From assembly GCA_010093745.1 (NCBI GenBank), contig MU005981.1, positions 1-64,000 on the forward strand: a stretch of 64,000 bases of DNA, given 5' to 3'. The position numbers and the translations under genes are program-made. The notes beneath the pieces are model-generated. The model was not told where the DNA came from. It made no database searches and saw only the letters and a list, made by a program, of their open reading frames with translations. Source of the stretch: Piedraia hortae CBS 480.64 (taxonomy: Eukaryota). Below, in pieces: positions 1 through 12,791 of this stretch; the stretch's first letter is position 1; every line of letters begins with the position of its first letter.

Positions 1-95
1 CATACAAATCTCTACGGAAAACTAGTTGACGCGTGAAGTCGAGAGCCGAGCGACGGTTACTAATAATGCGCGTAATATACCGCATATTCACAACA
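1..95 (+). mobile_element. 3' part of a short LTR (family A), cut by window start
   Basis: Near-identical to 49325-49418 (tctctacggaaaactagttga...taccgcatattcacaaca); ends in the same CAACA terminus. Confidence 0.85.
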
Positions 96-147
96 TTCCT
101 CCATGCACAATAATTTTTGACTCCCTCTCTCACCACCTTCCGATGTT

Positions 148-420
148 CTACTGAGAATTGGCAAAGGTGCAGTGTGATACTGAGATCTTGGCCTGGGTGG
201 CCGAAGCTGGAGCTAAGCTTTTAAGAGGCGCGCTGGCGATTATCCTCGATAGCACACGAATGGGACAAATTCGCAAGAAGAAAACGCCTTTTTGAACAAT
301 CTGTTTAGAAGCTACGTATGTGCTGCACTTGATGTATATGTTCATCTTGTTCAGTACCATTTGAAGAACATTAACGAGGCATTGCAGCGGGTCCCCATCT
401 CAGCTTCTGCGTCATAGCAC
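148..420 (-). pseudogene. possible pogo/Fot1 transposase C-terminal relic
   Basis: Frameshifted IYIKCSTYVASKQIVQK/KAFSSCEFVPF loosely resembles the Y..AR...NI.SAF...GI.P segment of Fot1-type transposases; weak. Confidence 0.25.
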
Positions 421-718
421 GGTCCATTCATGTCAAAGGCGTACATCTCACCGGCCCAGTTCATCACGTTTTTCCTCTACGAATTTACGTTGGTCTTTCA
501 TGTTTTGGGCTGTAACTCGGTGATCACAACTTCCTTCTCTATTTGCTGGTGAAACGAGTGCAACTTACCTAAGACTTGAAGCAACTTCATGAAGTCGAAG
601 GTGTGTTCGGGGCGCTTGGTGGCTCTTGGGAAGCGTAAGTTCTCCTTCTCTGTGCTTTGTAAGGGAGGAGGAAGTGTATCTGGCATGTGCACTATGGCTT
701 TGATCTGTTAGCGGCTCA

Positions 719-719
<1 letters not shown>

Positions 720-749
<30 letters not shown>

Positions 750-797
750 CTTCTTCTTCTTCTTCTTCTTCTTCTTCTTCTTCTTCTTCTTCTTCTT
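720..797. repeat. (CTT)26 microsatellite
   Basis: Perfect trinucleotide run read directly. Confidence 0.98.
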
Positions 798-1861
798 CCT
801 CTTATGCGGTACCTTGTGATGACCTCTCTTGATCAGTTCGGGAACCACAGTCGAATTTTCGGCTTCAATTTCAGCGAAGACAGTGGCCAGGCCTGTATCA
901 TGTCAGCACTTCTTTTGATCTTAAGAAAAGGGTAAACTAACCATCACTCGTCACGGTCGAAGGTACATTCACTTGGGTCAGTGTCATGAAAGTTGTCGGC
1001 GTAAGGAGGTGACTGAGGTATTGTGGTTCAGTGGAGGAGAGCCAAACCCACACAGATGGCGTTGGTATTGAAGATCATTGTTGCAATTTCGTGTTAATGC
1101 GTGAGTGAAGATTGTGGGAGGGAAAAGAAGAAGTGGGATCTGGGAAAATAAAATATTCCTTTCGTGTCAGTGTGAGTCGCCATGGCCTGGTATCATATCT
1201 TATTCGTGCTTCTTTTGGATTCAACCACGATGCAATTCCCAGTGGTGCGACCCACTAGTTCCCAAATTTGAACTTCAGGGGCTATTCTTTTACTTAATCT
1301 GGTAACCCGAGGCGATGACATTTCCGTTCAATTGACCAAAGCAGGAAGTTGACAGGATCTTCAGAATTTGCGATCTTTTCCCGAACTCTAACTTGACACA
1401 AAAATATGCACGCGCACAGATTCCTTTAGACCTGGTTTCGAATTACACAACACCTTCACAATGGAGCTTGCCGTCTCAGTATTTTACAGCCACATATATC
1501 GTACTTTACAATGATCACGCTCTGTGGCCCTTCAATTCGGCGTTTATGTCATGGAAACCAATCAAGTATGCTCAAACTAATCTATAGGCCATGTGCATCT
1601 TTAGAGCATGCGCTTTCCAAGGAACTAACTTTCAACTACATTAAACTGTTATGTGTGGCACTACCTGTTTTCATCTGAAGGTCAAAAGTGTGCACGCAGT
1701 GGGGAAGACTTTAGAAGTCTACACAAGCACAGGACACATTCCACCCCTATTAAAACAAGTGCCACATATAGCGTTCTAGCTTTCGATTCAACCAGCTCAT
1801 GCGAACCAAGTGAAGCACTAAAACTCGTTAGCTCATTCATTAGAACGTGCGCGGAAGACAA

Positions 1862-2850
1862 TGTGTCAGACGCCTGCCTTAGGTAGATAGGACACCGGAC
1901 TCTCCAGAGTTTTTGCCTCATGGAGGATGTTTCCCCTGGAGCGTGGTTACGTGCGGTTCGGGCCGGGAAGAGAGTCTAGAGCAGTCTTGCAGTGCAAGCC
2001 TTCTCTAGACCTCAGACGGATACCATAGTGAGGTATCACACACACTGTTGACTGCGTCACCATTCACCAATATTGAAGTGATGTGAGTAGATCCCTCCCT
2101 CCTTCCGATACAATGCTTTCAGGCAATTGGTTGCCATGGTTAACGCTGCACACCCTAAGCACAGGCGTCGGGAAAGTTGAGCAGAATCCTCTGCCACTTC
2201 GCTCCTCTTCGCTTCGAATGTGAGCATTAGCCGGAAAAGGCGAAGGCAAAACGTATAGAACGAATTAGTATTCTCCAAGTCAGGAGTGGGATGCTGTTCT
2301 TTTCTCTCGCTTGGGGGTGGCACATATGCGCTCTGGACGAGAAGGCGCAGCTTCGCACACATCTTTACAACGTCTCCCTTAACTTTGTCTCATTTGGCTT
2401 GTATGAGCCCCCAAAAACTCTGGAGGAAGGTTGAAGCCGCCAATTGCTATCATAAAGCCATGGTTTGGCCACGTTCAGGGGGCACCAAGAGAATGAGCCA
2501 TGTAATACTGGATCTGTAGTTCTGAATGAGCCGTCGAGCAGTGTGAATTGGCCTCAAGACTCTTCAAGAACTCGCCGAAAGCCTCTACATGGGGCTGGGC
2601 GTATCCTCCTGGGACTGGCGCTCAAAACGCTTGAGCAGCCGAAGGATCTACGGCAAAAAGGGGAATATTTTATGCAGGATTTATCCAAGTTGGAGGGCAA
2701 AAGTGGAGAAGCAGGTGAATTGTCCAGAAGATGCGCGGCCGGAGGAATACCCACGTATGACGGATCAAGCTGTGGAAGAACATTCCCCATGAGAGTTAGA
2801 GCGGACGAAGCAAAGAATTCCTATAAAATGGAGGACCTGGCAGAGTAGGC
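1862..2850 (+). mobile_element. degenerate LTR-like segment followed by Ty3/gypsy gag relic
   Basis: Starts TGTGTC; ~1910-2110 is homologous to ~49180-49548; cttgtATGAGCCC (2398) matches the gag start at 20081; TFRGHQEN...LHGAGRILLGLAL aligns with TFSGKPEG...LRGPAKEWFVRAL of the 20086 gag; boundaries approximate. Confidence 0.55.
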
Positions 2851-4168
2851 ACATGCTCTTTGACCGGCGGAGCAGGTGCTTTGTCGCATTTTGTTTTTTC
2901 GGGCGTTTGGTCTTGTTAACTTGCGGGGTTTCATTTTGGGCAGACAGTGACGAATTGTGAAGAGATTCGAGATGTAACTACTTTTTGTCAGCAAGTGCTC
3001 GACAGAAAGTGCTGATAGGCCAGGCTTCGAAGATCCTTCCGCTAGGAGGCCGACCCCAACCTGCCTGCAAGTCCACACAAAGACAAACAGTGCATCCATG
3101 CTGTTTTACCATCAAGATCCGCATGCCTACCTGCGCCCGAGAAGTTTGGGTCAATGGACAAGCTTACCAAAGATGTCGCCAACGAGACAAATAGTTACGA
3201 CTGTTAGGATTGATGTGAGGTTCCTTGCGATTCTTAAGGCGTACGTCAGGCTGAAGAACCAGGAAATACCGGCCACGGCGATGAGAGAAGAATGCTCCCA
3301 GGGATTCGCTGTCCGGTCACCCAAAGTAACCAATCGCACCAGGTTCCACTGACTGGGAAAGACAGCGCCCGTGGAAAGTACGATGACGCTTGATTGCAAG
3401 GCGCGGAAATCCATAGTCAGGTCCCGTAGATGCTTATATCGAAAGGTCAACCGAGGTGTCACCTCTATTAGTACGATATCTCTGAACAAGGTGGCCGCGC
3501 GAACATGGCAAAACGATAACTTGTTCTCAAACGAGGTGTTTTGTGCGTACAACTGTTGACCAGGTGCACCACATGGAGCAAGTGTTTGTTCTCCGCGCAC
3601 ATCTCTTGAATGATTGATTATTGCTGAGGGTAATTCCGGTCGTGGAGTGTCCAGATGGGCCGTTTTTCGACCTGATTCCTCAGCCATCACATAGTGAAAG
3701 GCTCAACACTTGAAAATTTTAATCGATCTTAAATTTGATCATGTCAAGGCAGCCAGTTTGCTCAGCTTTGCGCATTTGGTAAAGCTCTATGAGCGCTTGG
3801 ATTTCGCAATGACATTTTGATCACCTAGAAAAACAGCGCAAGGAGTTGTTGTGACAGGCTGGGCGTGCAGCTGGCCGCTACGTTCCGTGATCATGTGGAA
3901 CGTGGACACTGACGACTTTGACGTCTTTGACATTGCGTGCGGTAAGATCAATATTGATGGTATCGGGAAGTACACCCGGGATACGAGGAAGGAACTAAGG
4001 TGTGGATTTCAACAGCAAGCACATTAGATGCAGATGTGTTTGGCCCGTGGTTTGACGCAAAGTAAACAAGCCGTTCGTGATATAGTTTGCAATATGCATT
4101 TCAACGCCAACTTCACCCTGGAGAGGACATCTTGAGGCGCTGTAAACTAATAAGTAGCCTAGATTTCA

Positions 4169-7100
4169 CTAGTGGACATCAAATACACCCTTGAGGGTCT
4201 TTTGAATCAGCAACCAATCGTCCCTTTCAACTTCGTCCTTGTAAAATTCCTTCAAGGTATCGATGCTTGCGCGTGAGATGTGGCTGTACAAACGATCCTT
4301 TTCCTCCAGTTGACGACCATAAGCTGGCTGATTTGAGCCTTCGATCTTCACCGCTACTGATGGCTGTCCTTTTTTGCACAATGGCAATTGTTTGTGATCG
4401 CGTTCAATGGATGATCTGGTCTCTGTTAGCGGCAATATTTGCAAAGGGCTTGATGAAAACTTACACTCTACCGAGAGAGATAATTTCTTTTGCGCCCGCG
4501 GCGTTGGGTTTTACAGCCGCAAGAGGAGTGCCTATCCGCAAGCTGCCCTCGGTGACGTCGACACCGACGACAATGGGATCCTTTTTGTTGAAGACTGCAA
4601 TGGGCTGCAGGATGCAAGGAAACACTGCCAACAGTCGGCTTTCCTCTTTGCGCGCCTCGTTGAGCTGCTTCATGTGAGCTGTAAACTGGTCGAACAGATG
4701 GTAGATGATGTCGGCGGTGAAGATCTTAACCCCCATCTGCTCCGCCAGTTCCGCGGCATCACGGTCGACTTTGACATCGAAACAGAGCATGACAGCGTAT
4801 TCCTTTGCCTTTTCCAGCATGGTCGAGGCTGTGATAACATCCCGCTTATGCACAGGACCAATGGAAATGTTGCTGACAGGAATCTTGCTCTGCTTCAAGA
4901 ACTCGAGCAAGGCCTCGAGCGCACCCAGCGTGGAGGCCTGGACCGTGACTCCCCGCCCAGACTTGGAGATTCGCGACATGAGGTTCTCAAGATCGCCCAT
5001 CACATCTTCTTCCAAGTCTTCTATCTCATCTTCATCATCTGGGTTCTTGGCCACAAGCAGTCTGGAGCCTGCAATTGCGTGATCGAGGCCATTGGCTGCG
5101 ATCTTCACACCCAGAGCGGCCTTGACCACCTTGTTGTGCACGTATTGTGACTTTACCCGCAGTTCCTTCATCTCCGCCGGTGTCAGTAGAGCTCGGACCT
5201 GCGTTGTGATAGCTCCCTCTGTGCCGCAAAGCACGATTGTGTCACCCTCCCGAAGAATACCATTACTGAGTACCACATCGATGGTCGTGCCCAAGCCCTC
5301 AATCACCTTGACCTCGAGCACAGTGCACTCTACCTCAGACAGATACATCAGCTGCGTAGTCATACGCTCCTGGGTCAGCGAGACTAGCAACTTCAGCATG
5401 TCGGGGATTCCTTCGCCCGTATGGGCTGATGTGGGCACCAACGACACGTAACGTGCCATTGACTTGTTCTCGTAGAAGACTTCTGCGTTGAAGCCTTGCT
5501 CTGCAAAGGCCAGCTTCGTCTTCTCAAGGCGATCGCGAAACTCGTTTTGCACGCCCTTGTTTTGCACCGCGAGAGACTCGCGGAATCCGTTGTTGGCAAT
5601 GGGCTTCCAGCTATACAGCCGGTCGATCTTGTTCAAGGCTACAATGAATGGTGTCTTGCGATCCCGCAGCAGCCGCATCGACTCGAGCGTTTGCGGCTCA
5701 AGTCCATGCATGATGTCTACAACCAAGATGGCAATATTGCACAGGCTGGACCCTCGAGAACGCAGATTAGTAAACGACTCGTGGCCAGGAGTGTCGATGA
5801 CCAAGAGACCGGGCACCTTGAACTCAAAGGCGCCGTCCTTGTTGACTACTGCCGTCTTCTGCTGCAGAGCATCGACGGGGAAGTAAGTGGCGCCAATCTG
5901 CTGCGTGATACCGCCAGCCTCGCCCTCCTGGACATTGGTCTGCCGGATCTTGTCCAGCAACTTGGTCTTCCCGGTATCGACGTGACCCAGGATGCAGCAA
6001 ATGGGCGAACGCAAATTGTCCTTTGATGCCGCGCCCAAAGCTGCCTCCCGGTCGGCCTGGCGCTTGTCAGCCGCCTGTTGTCGTCGAAGAGCGGCCTGTT
6101 TCTCAGCCACCGTCTGGGCCTCGTGGTCAGAGTCGGATTCGGACTCGGATTCGGAGTCTGATGTCTCGCCCTCGCTCTCATTGGCCGCTTTTTTGACGGG
6201 TTCGGCGTCCCCATTGGCCTTTGCAGTTTCTTTGGGCTCCGTTGCCTGCTCTTCCTTCTCTGCGATGGCTTCCCAGTCCTCCAATTCGTCTTCTTCCTCG
6301 GCCTCGGCTTCTTTCCTCTTCCGCGCTTCCTCGGCCGCTTGCCGCTCTCGCTCTTCCCGCTGCCTCTGCTCTTCTGCTCTCCTCGCCTCCTCTTCATCCC
6401 GCGCCTGTTGTGCTCTTCGCTCCTCGGCCTCCTTGCGCGGGTTCTTCTTCTTTTTCTCCTCTTTGGCCTTCTTGCCGTCTTCAGCGGCTGCTTCTTCCAT
6501 GCCCGCCACCTTGAAACCAGCATCGAGCATTTGCTGGGTGCGCAATCGCTGTTGAGCCTCTTCTTTCCGTTGCTTCTCTGTCTTGTATGTGCCTTCGCGC
6601 TTCATCTGTTCGATCTTGGCCTTTTCTCTAGCTTTCTTTGCTGCTTTGATGGCCTCTTTCTGCTTCTCCTCTTCCTCCAGCCGCTTCTGCTCCTCGGCCT
6701 CCCGTCTAGCTTCCTCCTCTGCTTGCCGCGCAGCCTCTTCTTGCCGTCGGCGGAGTTCTTCTTGCTGCTTTTGAATTGCTGCCAAGGCACCGGTAACCTT
6801 CTTCTTTTTAGCGCCTGCTGGGGCTGCAGTCGAGGGCGCTGGTGCTGGCGCTGCTGGCGCTGCCGCAGCTACCGCAGCAGGCTTTGCAGGTTCCGGTTCC
6901 GCTTTGGCCGCCGGTGCCGTTTTCTTCTTTGCCGCCGCCTGCTCCTTTTTCCGCTGCTTCTCCCGCTCTTTCTTCTCCTTTTCCTTCTCAGCCTTGGTCT
7001 TGACGCGCCCGGTATCGTTGGCATCCTCGGGCTCGGCCTCGGCCTTGGGGGCGGCCTGTTTCGCACCCTTCTTTCCCTTTACTGGCTGGCCAAAGACATC

Positions 7101-7370
7101 CTCGTCGTCCATTGTGGCCTCTGTCGGCGCCTTTGCCTGGAGGTTCACTGGCGCCGCCGCCTCATCGCCATCGTCTTCCACTGCCTTTCCCTTCTTCTTG
7201 CGCTTTTCCCGATTCTTTTGGATGGCAGCCATCATGGAGCTGCCACCACCGACCGTCTCCTCCTCTTCCTCCTTCTCGGCGCCATCAGCTGTTGTCTGGT
7301 CGACAGTCTCGCCCAGACCTTCGTCCCAGTCGTTGTCGGCCTTCTTGGTCTTCTTTCCCTTGGGTGCCAT
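4169..7370 (-). CDS. FUN12: eukaryotic translation initiation factor 5B (eIF5B/IF2); exons 7370-4465 and 4415-4169, ~1050 aa
   Basis: GTPase motifs [18 protein letters not shown]; charged K/E-rich N-terminus; 49-nt intron GTAAGT..GCTAAC..CAG restores [11 protein letters not shown]. Confidence 0.96.
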
Positions 7371-7541
7371 GTTAGTCGCCTACAGGTCTTGGATATGGCT
7401 GTAGATACGGACGGCAAATGGCTCGAATTTACAGTTACAGGCGATCCAAGCGACGTTCTGGACAAAATCCTGCCCAGGTGGGGCTTGGCGGGGTTACGGG
7501 TGACGTAAGGTGCCCACACGTGATATTATACAGGGTCTCTA

Positions 7542-8565
7542 TCAAAATCCGCCTGTCCGATCACTGTCTCCCATCGGGTCAGGTAGGTTGCCTCCTTTGT
7601 CCGCGACCGGGCTGCCATGCGCAAAGAATAGAATCTTAATGGCGATGGCCAGTCCCGCATGTAGCAGAAGCACAATGACCAAGATGATCTGTGCAGTTTT
7701 CTTGTCTGTAGCCGAGACAACGGGATAGCTGCGAGGTCAGCAAGGTCGATTGGGGGTTAGTGAAAAAAGAATATCTTACAGGTTTCGGAAGAGGAACAAA
7801 GCTGAGACGGCAAAGCCGACGCCCACAAAGGCATAATTAAGGGCTACATAGGTCAGATTGAACAGTAGAGAATTGAATAAGACTTACCACTTAACGGGCT
7901 CCAACTCACAAGGGAAACAGGGATCCAGATGAGGTTTGCGTAGCCGAAAAGTGACCAGCACTCGACGAGGTTCGCACTCTCACAGCCAAACCATTTTAAA
8001 ACACCCCATAGGCCCACGGGTATGAAGCAGGTGTAGCCGTAGATCAGACCGGCTGCCCCAGACAACAGGCGAAAGTCGTACGCAAAGTGTTTCTTGGACT
8101 CACTTGCTAAGAACGAGCTGATTGTCCCAGTCAGGAACAATATGACGATGACGGTAGTCGCGATCCAGAACGGTCCGTAAAGATCGGGCTGACCCTCGAG
8201 AGTATCTAGGAAGTTCTGCCGCGGATAAAGCGTGCTGCGACAGCGGTAGAGTATTTGCGACGTGTCAACATCGAAGAACTGCTGGTAAAAGGAGAGGCTC
8301 CAGAGGTAGCGCTTGCTGCCTGCCGACTGGCCACGAGAATTGCCAGACGCCGAAGAAAAGAAACCAGCTTGATCTGACTGGATAGGCTTCTGTGAACTGC
8401 TCGAGTCTGGCGCGCCGAAGGAAGAGTTGTGGAACTCCAAGTCGTCGTTCAGATCCGTATGCCCGAGGTCCCCCTGGCGCTAGGTTAGGGGATGTAAAGG
8501 AGCGGAACATCACAAACCTCTGCATCTACATCGACAACGACGTCGTAGCCCTGTCTGTTGGCCAT
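7542..8565 (-). CDS. Yip1-domain Golgi membrane protein (YIPF1/2, Yip5-like); exons 8565-8518, 8473-7888, 7843-7780, 7728-7542
   Basis: FYQQFFDVDT and PDLYGPFW motifs with multiple TM segments; three GT-AG introns with CTAAC/CTGAC branch points give a continuous frame MANRQGYDVVVDVDAE...KILFFAHG. Confidence 0.9.
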
Positions 8566-8974
8566 GGGGTTCCCGGTGAGGTCCCCGTCGACACGGCCGG
8601 CCGCCGGACAAAAGTCATGTCCGGCATGGGGCCAGTCACAAACCTAACCCTAAAAACCGGCTCACTCGGACCGATACCGATGATTTTCACGGCGAGGATG
8701 AAGCCATCAAGATCGCCATCGTTCGACCGCCCTCCTAAAACATCTCCAATGGAGCGAATAAAGACCGCAACGCCTTAAGCTCCTGCCCATCATTCAGGGG
8801 TTCCGCATATCGGTGGCTACTTTTCTTCTAACTACGGCAGTACTAGTAGAAACAAGAAAAAGCAGCCGAGAGGTTAATGAATTTGCCGTTGGGTAGATCC
8901 ACTAGTAGCGGACGTGCCCAACGGCAATTGCACCAGCCTCTTTCCCACCTGCTTCTCCTCTGTCCCTCTTGACC

Positions 8975-10294
8975 ATGGCTCCTCTATCAGTATTAATAGT
9001 TGGTAATGGCATCGCTGGTCCTGTCCTGGCCTCGTTCCTGTTGCTCAACCAGAACCAAGCCGCTCATGAAAAACCAATTATCACATTGCTTGAACGATCC
9101 AGTGGACTCCGAGACCAAGGCCAGAATATTGACATACGTGGTAGTGGAATGGCAATTGCTCGTAAATTGGGCATGGAAAGAGCCTTACGTGCCTCCATCA
9201 CAAATGAAGAAGGCGCCCTCTTTGTCGACGCCCAGAATCGGGTTTGGGCTCGTGAGTATGCGGACAAGACAGGTCGAGTTCAAACTGGGACAAGTGATAT
9301 GGAGATTCTGCGAGGACGACTGTCTCAGCTATGCTGGAAGCGTGCCGAGAGCGTCAGCTCTGCCGTACGAAAGCAAGGAGGAGCCGGAATCGAAGCCATT
9401 TTTGGCGATCATTTGGCTTCAATTGAACAAGATGGTGAGAAGGTAACGGTTCTGTTTGCTGGCAGCGGCAAAACAAGGACATTTGACCTCGTAGTCGGTG
9501 CTGATGGGCTCATGAGCAACACTCGTCGATTGACATGGGGCGAAACGGAAGACGCAAAGAATTTGAGGAAGTTACACATGTATGGCGGTTTCTTTAGTAT
9601 GCCTCGTGGTCCCACTGACAGCTTATGGCGACGGTGGTTTCATGCTCCTGGACGTCGGGGCATCATGCTTCGTCCACACATGGATCCAACCAAAATCACC
9701 GTGTTTATGTACGTCATCAACCCCAACGATCCTGATCTGCCTCGTGTAGCCGAGCGAGGACGTCAGGAGGTGAGTGCACAAAAGTCACTTCTGGCCTCTT
9801 ACTTTTGCGATGCCGGTTGGGAATGTCCGCGAATCATCCAAGGCATGCACAACGCAGACGACTTCTACTATTCACCCATTGCACAGGTTCGCATGCCCTC
9901 GTGGCACCGTGGACGAGTTGCAGTGATAGGCGACGCGGGATATTGTCCTTCGCCCATAACCGGCATGGGGACCACACTGGCCCTCAATGGTGCCCATATC
10001 CTAGCAGGTGCGCTGCAGCAACACGCTGATGATATCCCCGCTGCTTTGCAAGTATATGAGGAGAAAATGCGCCCGTTTGTCGAAAAGGCGCAATCCTTGC
10101 CGTTAGGTGGCAAGGCCGTCCACCTGATCAATCCAGAGACTGCCTGGGGGATTGTTGTTATGCACATCATAATGTGGATTGTAACAAGCTTTACTCCGTT
10201 ACTGAACGTTGTCCTGAGCATATCTGGCCCTCCTGCAAACGCTATTTCCGTAGAGGACTATGGCTTCGAGCATCCGGGGGTGTTGGAAATATAA
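8975..10294 (+). CDS. FAD-dependent monooxygenase (FAD_binding_3, group A flavoprotein hydroxylase)
   Basis: GxGxxG (VGNGIAG), DG motif (VVGADG) and GD motif (VIGDAGYCPSPITGMG); intronless. Confidence 0.92.
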   Translation: MAPLSVLIVGNGIAGPVLASFLLLNQNQAAHEKPIITLLERSSGLRDQGQNIDIRGSGMAIARKLGMERALRASITNEEGALFVDAQNRVWAREYADKTGRVQTGTSDMEILRGRLSQLCWKRAESVSSAVRKQGGAGIEAIFGDHLASIEQDGEKVTVLFAGSGKTRTFDLVVGADGLMSNTRRLTWGETEDAKNLRKLHMYGGFFSMPRGPTDSLWRRWFHAPGRRGIMLRPHMDPTKITVFMYVINPNDPDLPRVAERGRQEVSAQKSLLASYFCDAGWECPRIIQGMHNADDFYYSPIAQVRMPSWHRGRVAVIGDAGYCPSPITGMGTTLALNGAHILAGALQQHADDIPAALQVYEEKMRPFVEKAQSLPLGGKAVHLINPETAWGIVVMHIIMWIVTSFTPLLNVVLSISGPPANAISVEDYGFEHPGVLEI

Positions 10295-10589
10295 CAGTAA
10301 AATCTGCCCTACACACTGTGTTGGATGCATGATACTAGAATCTAGATCGACACGTATATACTCTCTGCAAGAACTGGACAGCCGACTTGAATGATCTAGC
10401 GAGCCAGCAGACAGAAGAACCGCTCATTTTTGACAAACAGCTCTCCTCAGTACGAACGCAGCTTCATACACTCTATACGACCGAGTCCACTTGAGACCTC
10501 ATCGGAATCGGGCATGGGCCTGCTGACCTGCGATACGCTCATAAGTACGCCTCTTACACATCTGTAACACTTTGAACTGTCCGAGTTGC

Positions 10590-11013
10590 TGTTGGCATGA
10601 AGTCTCGTTGCTATCAGTGTACGATGCCACTGCGCGACACCTCTTACACCAGCAGCTGCACCCTAGGTTTTGTCCTCACAGAGGTTTCCCTCAGGGTCAT
10701 GTCGCATGCGACATGGTGAATGCGCCCTGCTACTGTTATGAGGTGAGTCATGGAGTAAGACTGCATGCTGACAGTCTTACTGCATGTATGACCACTTGCT
10801 TATGGTCATACAATTGATGACTCTTCATACGAGGCTACGCACGGGCCTTCCAGCCCAGAATATATTCTCTGATGTTCCCTCGAAGATATACTTGTATTCA
10901 CTCATAAAACACATCTCTACTTTCCATCCATCGTTCTCACTCATACATACTATCTGTCTTCGTCAGTTGCCTGCCAATCTTATCCCAGTGTGTTTTTGTT
11001 GCCTGATCCAACA
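10590..11013 (+). mobile_element. solo LTR, diverged member of family B (424 bp)
   Basis: TGTTGG...CCAACA inverted termini; ~10635-10732 homologous to the 18058 and 47855 LTRs; flanks GTTGC/CTTCC match only 3 of 5. Confidence 0.75.
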
Positions 11014-11189
11014 CTTCCGTAGACGAGTGATCGGTAAAGCCTCCTTGGTGACAGCTGAAAATTATAGGAGACGTGATGGGTGACCCAATGGTGATGTATT
11101 ATCACTATCTAACATATATCCTCCCACCAAGTCGGAAACAATTACTTCGGGAGGTACCATCTAGTTGCCCGTGTTCAGCTTTCGAATTT

Positions 11190-12290
11190 AAGACCTCTTC
11201 ATCAGGAATGTCAGCAAAAAGATAAATTAGCGCGTACGATTGTGAAGTTTGTCGATTGGGAAGCCCACCAGGCGAAACTGCTTGAGAGCCTCGATGTACT
11301 TCTCTCCGGCTTCCGTCGTTTGCACTCCACATCACCAGGCACAATCATCACGACGACACTACTGCGTCCAACAACATCGAGGAGGTTTGCGTGATGGTTT
11401 GAGTGCTGAACATATCCCTGCAGGTGCTGGTTGAGCAACTCTGGGATTTCTGAGGATACTCCTTGCGGTGGGCCAAACCTGCGCACCATCTGGACAAGCA
11501 TATGAAGCTTGGTCTTCTTTTCTTGATGATCTCCAGGCCGCAGACGTCGGTCCATAGTTCAAGCATATGTTCGTAACAATGCTTGAGAAGCGCTTCCTAC
11601 TGGTTGATATCTTCGATCTGCCTTGAACATCTCACTCTGGCAGGATCTGCTGCGACGCACCACAGGAGCAAGAGACTACACACCGGGCCCGTCCGTCCCC
11701 TTGGGACAATGAAGGAGGCAAAGTTGCCGGCTTGATCTCACTGAAAGCTCGAAAGTCACAACCCTTGCTCCAAAGCATGCTGCGCACCGAGGAAACTATC
11801 ATAGCTTCCCGTATCGATGATACGGCGCACAGAGCCAGCCTTTATAGCCCGACTTAATCGTCTGGTCATTCAATGGTTGAACCCGGCCGGCATGACACAC
11901 TCTCGAACGGGAAGTCCTGATGTAGATTGAACCCTTCCAAGTGGTATACTTATGAAATTGGCGGGTCCCTTCAACTGATGTCGACTCTGCTGGTATTCTC
12001 TCCACATCTCTTTCGTCAGATGGCGCGTCATGTCGTCATTGTCGTTCGATACTTCTTGGGGTGCGACTTGGATGCCGATGCCGTTCCCTCGTCCGATACT
12101 GCCTGCGTAAACGTCACCCTGGCAGTGACCCTGCATCTGGTTGAGCATGCATACATAGACGCACCAAGAGCAGTTGCTGGTGTGTTAATGCGACGTCACC
12201 CCCTGAAGCAGCAGGGATATCTGCGAGGCCCATGGTAATGCTTGCGCTCTCTTACGCTGGGGGTCGAAGGCTTGGTGGAGTAGGCTCTTC
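11190..12290 (-). pseudogene. Helitron Rep (HUH endonuclease region) relic, central part
   Basis: Colinear degenerate motifs LHQAFDP, frameshifted QYPLL, QMVRRFGPP..SEIPELL..LLDVVGR, GGLPN and LFADIPDEE mirror Helitron H..YDPL.YPLL, VRRFG.P, PD.V.RVF, RGLPH and AEIPD. Confidence 0.55.
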
Positions 12291-12296
12291 CTCATA

Positions 12297-12472
12297 CCTA
12301 ACGCAACGTCTTCCACAGATCCACAGTTGGCCAGGTCGCATTTGCCGAGACCACGCGAAGACGTAACCTCGTCTCAGGGGTAAGCTCCTCTATGAGGCAG
12401 AAAACCCTACGAAGCCTCGGGCGTTCTAACTACCACTGATCTAACTCGTCTGACAAAGGGCTCACCGTGCTA
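12297..12472 (-). repeat. dispersed repeat family C (LTR-like), reverse copy
   Basis: Reverse complement closely matches 52735-52906 and 63609-63784 (tagaacgcccgaggcttcg...ggccaactgtgg...gacgttgcgttag). Confidence 0.9.
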
Positions 12473-12791
12473 TCATGGCGAGACCTTTCATCCTTGCTCC
12501 TAATTGCGACAAATCCGTCGACAGAGGCATGGGGTTTTCCCTCACAAGATAGCAGCCAACCCAGCCATCAATCGCAAAGGCGAAGTGGGATTCATCATGA
12601 GGGGACTGATGTTACGGTGCTCAGAGGAAAAGGTTCAATAAGTCCCAACAACGAGGACAATCCAGACTGCTATCTACTGGGAAGCTAGGATACTATAAAC
12701 CAATCCAGAAGCGCCGTTCATTCGTGCGTGGTAGCGAGCGTAGCTATGAAGAACTAGCAGGGCGCGTCGGTGTATCAAATTCCCTGTGCGC

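Noticed and set aside
687..935. Poly-Leu ORF resembling a membrane peptide
   Set aside because: Artifact of the (CTT)26 microsatellite
4407..7508. Long + strand ORFs (247, 176, 187, 389 aa)
   Set aside because: Antisense shadows of the codon-biased eIF5B gene
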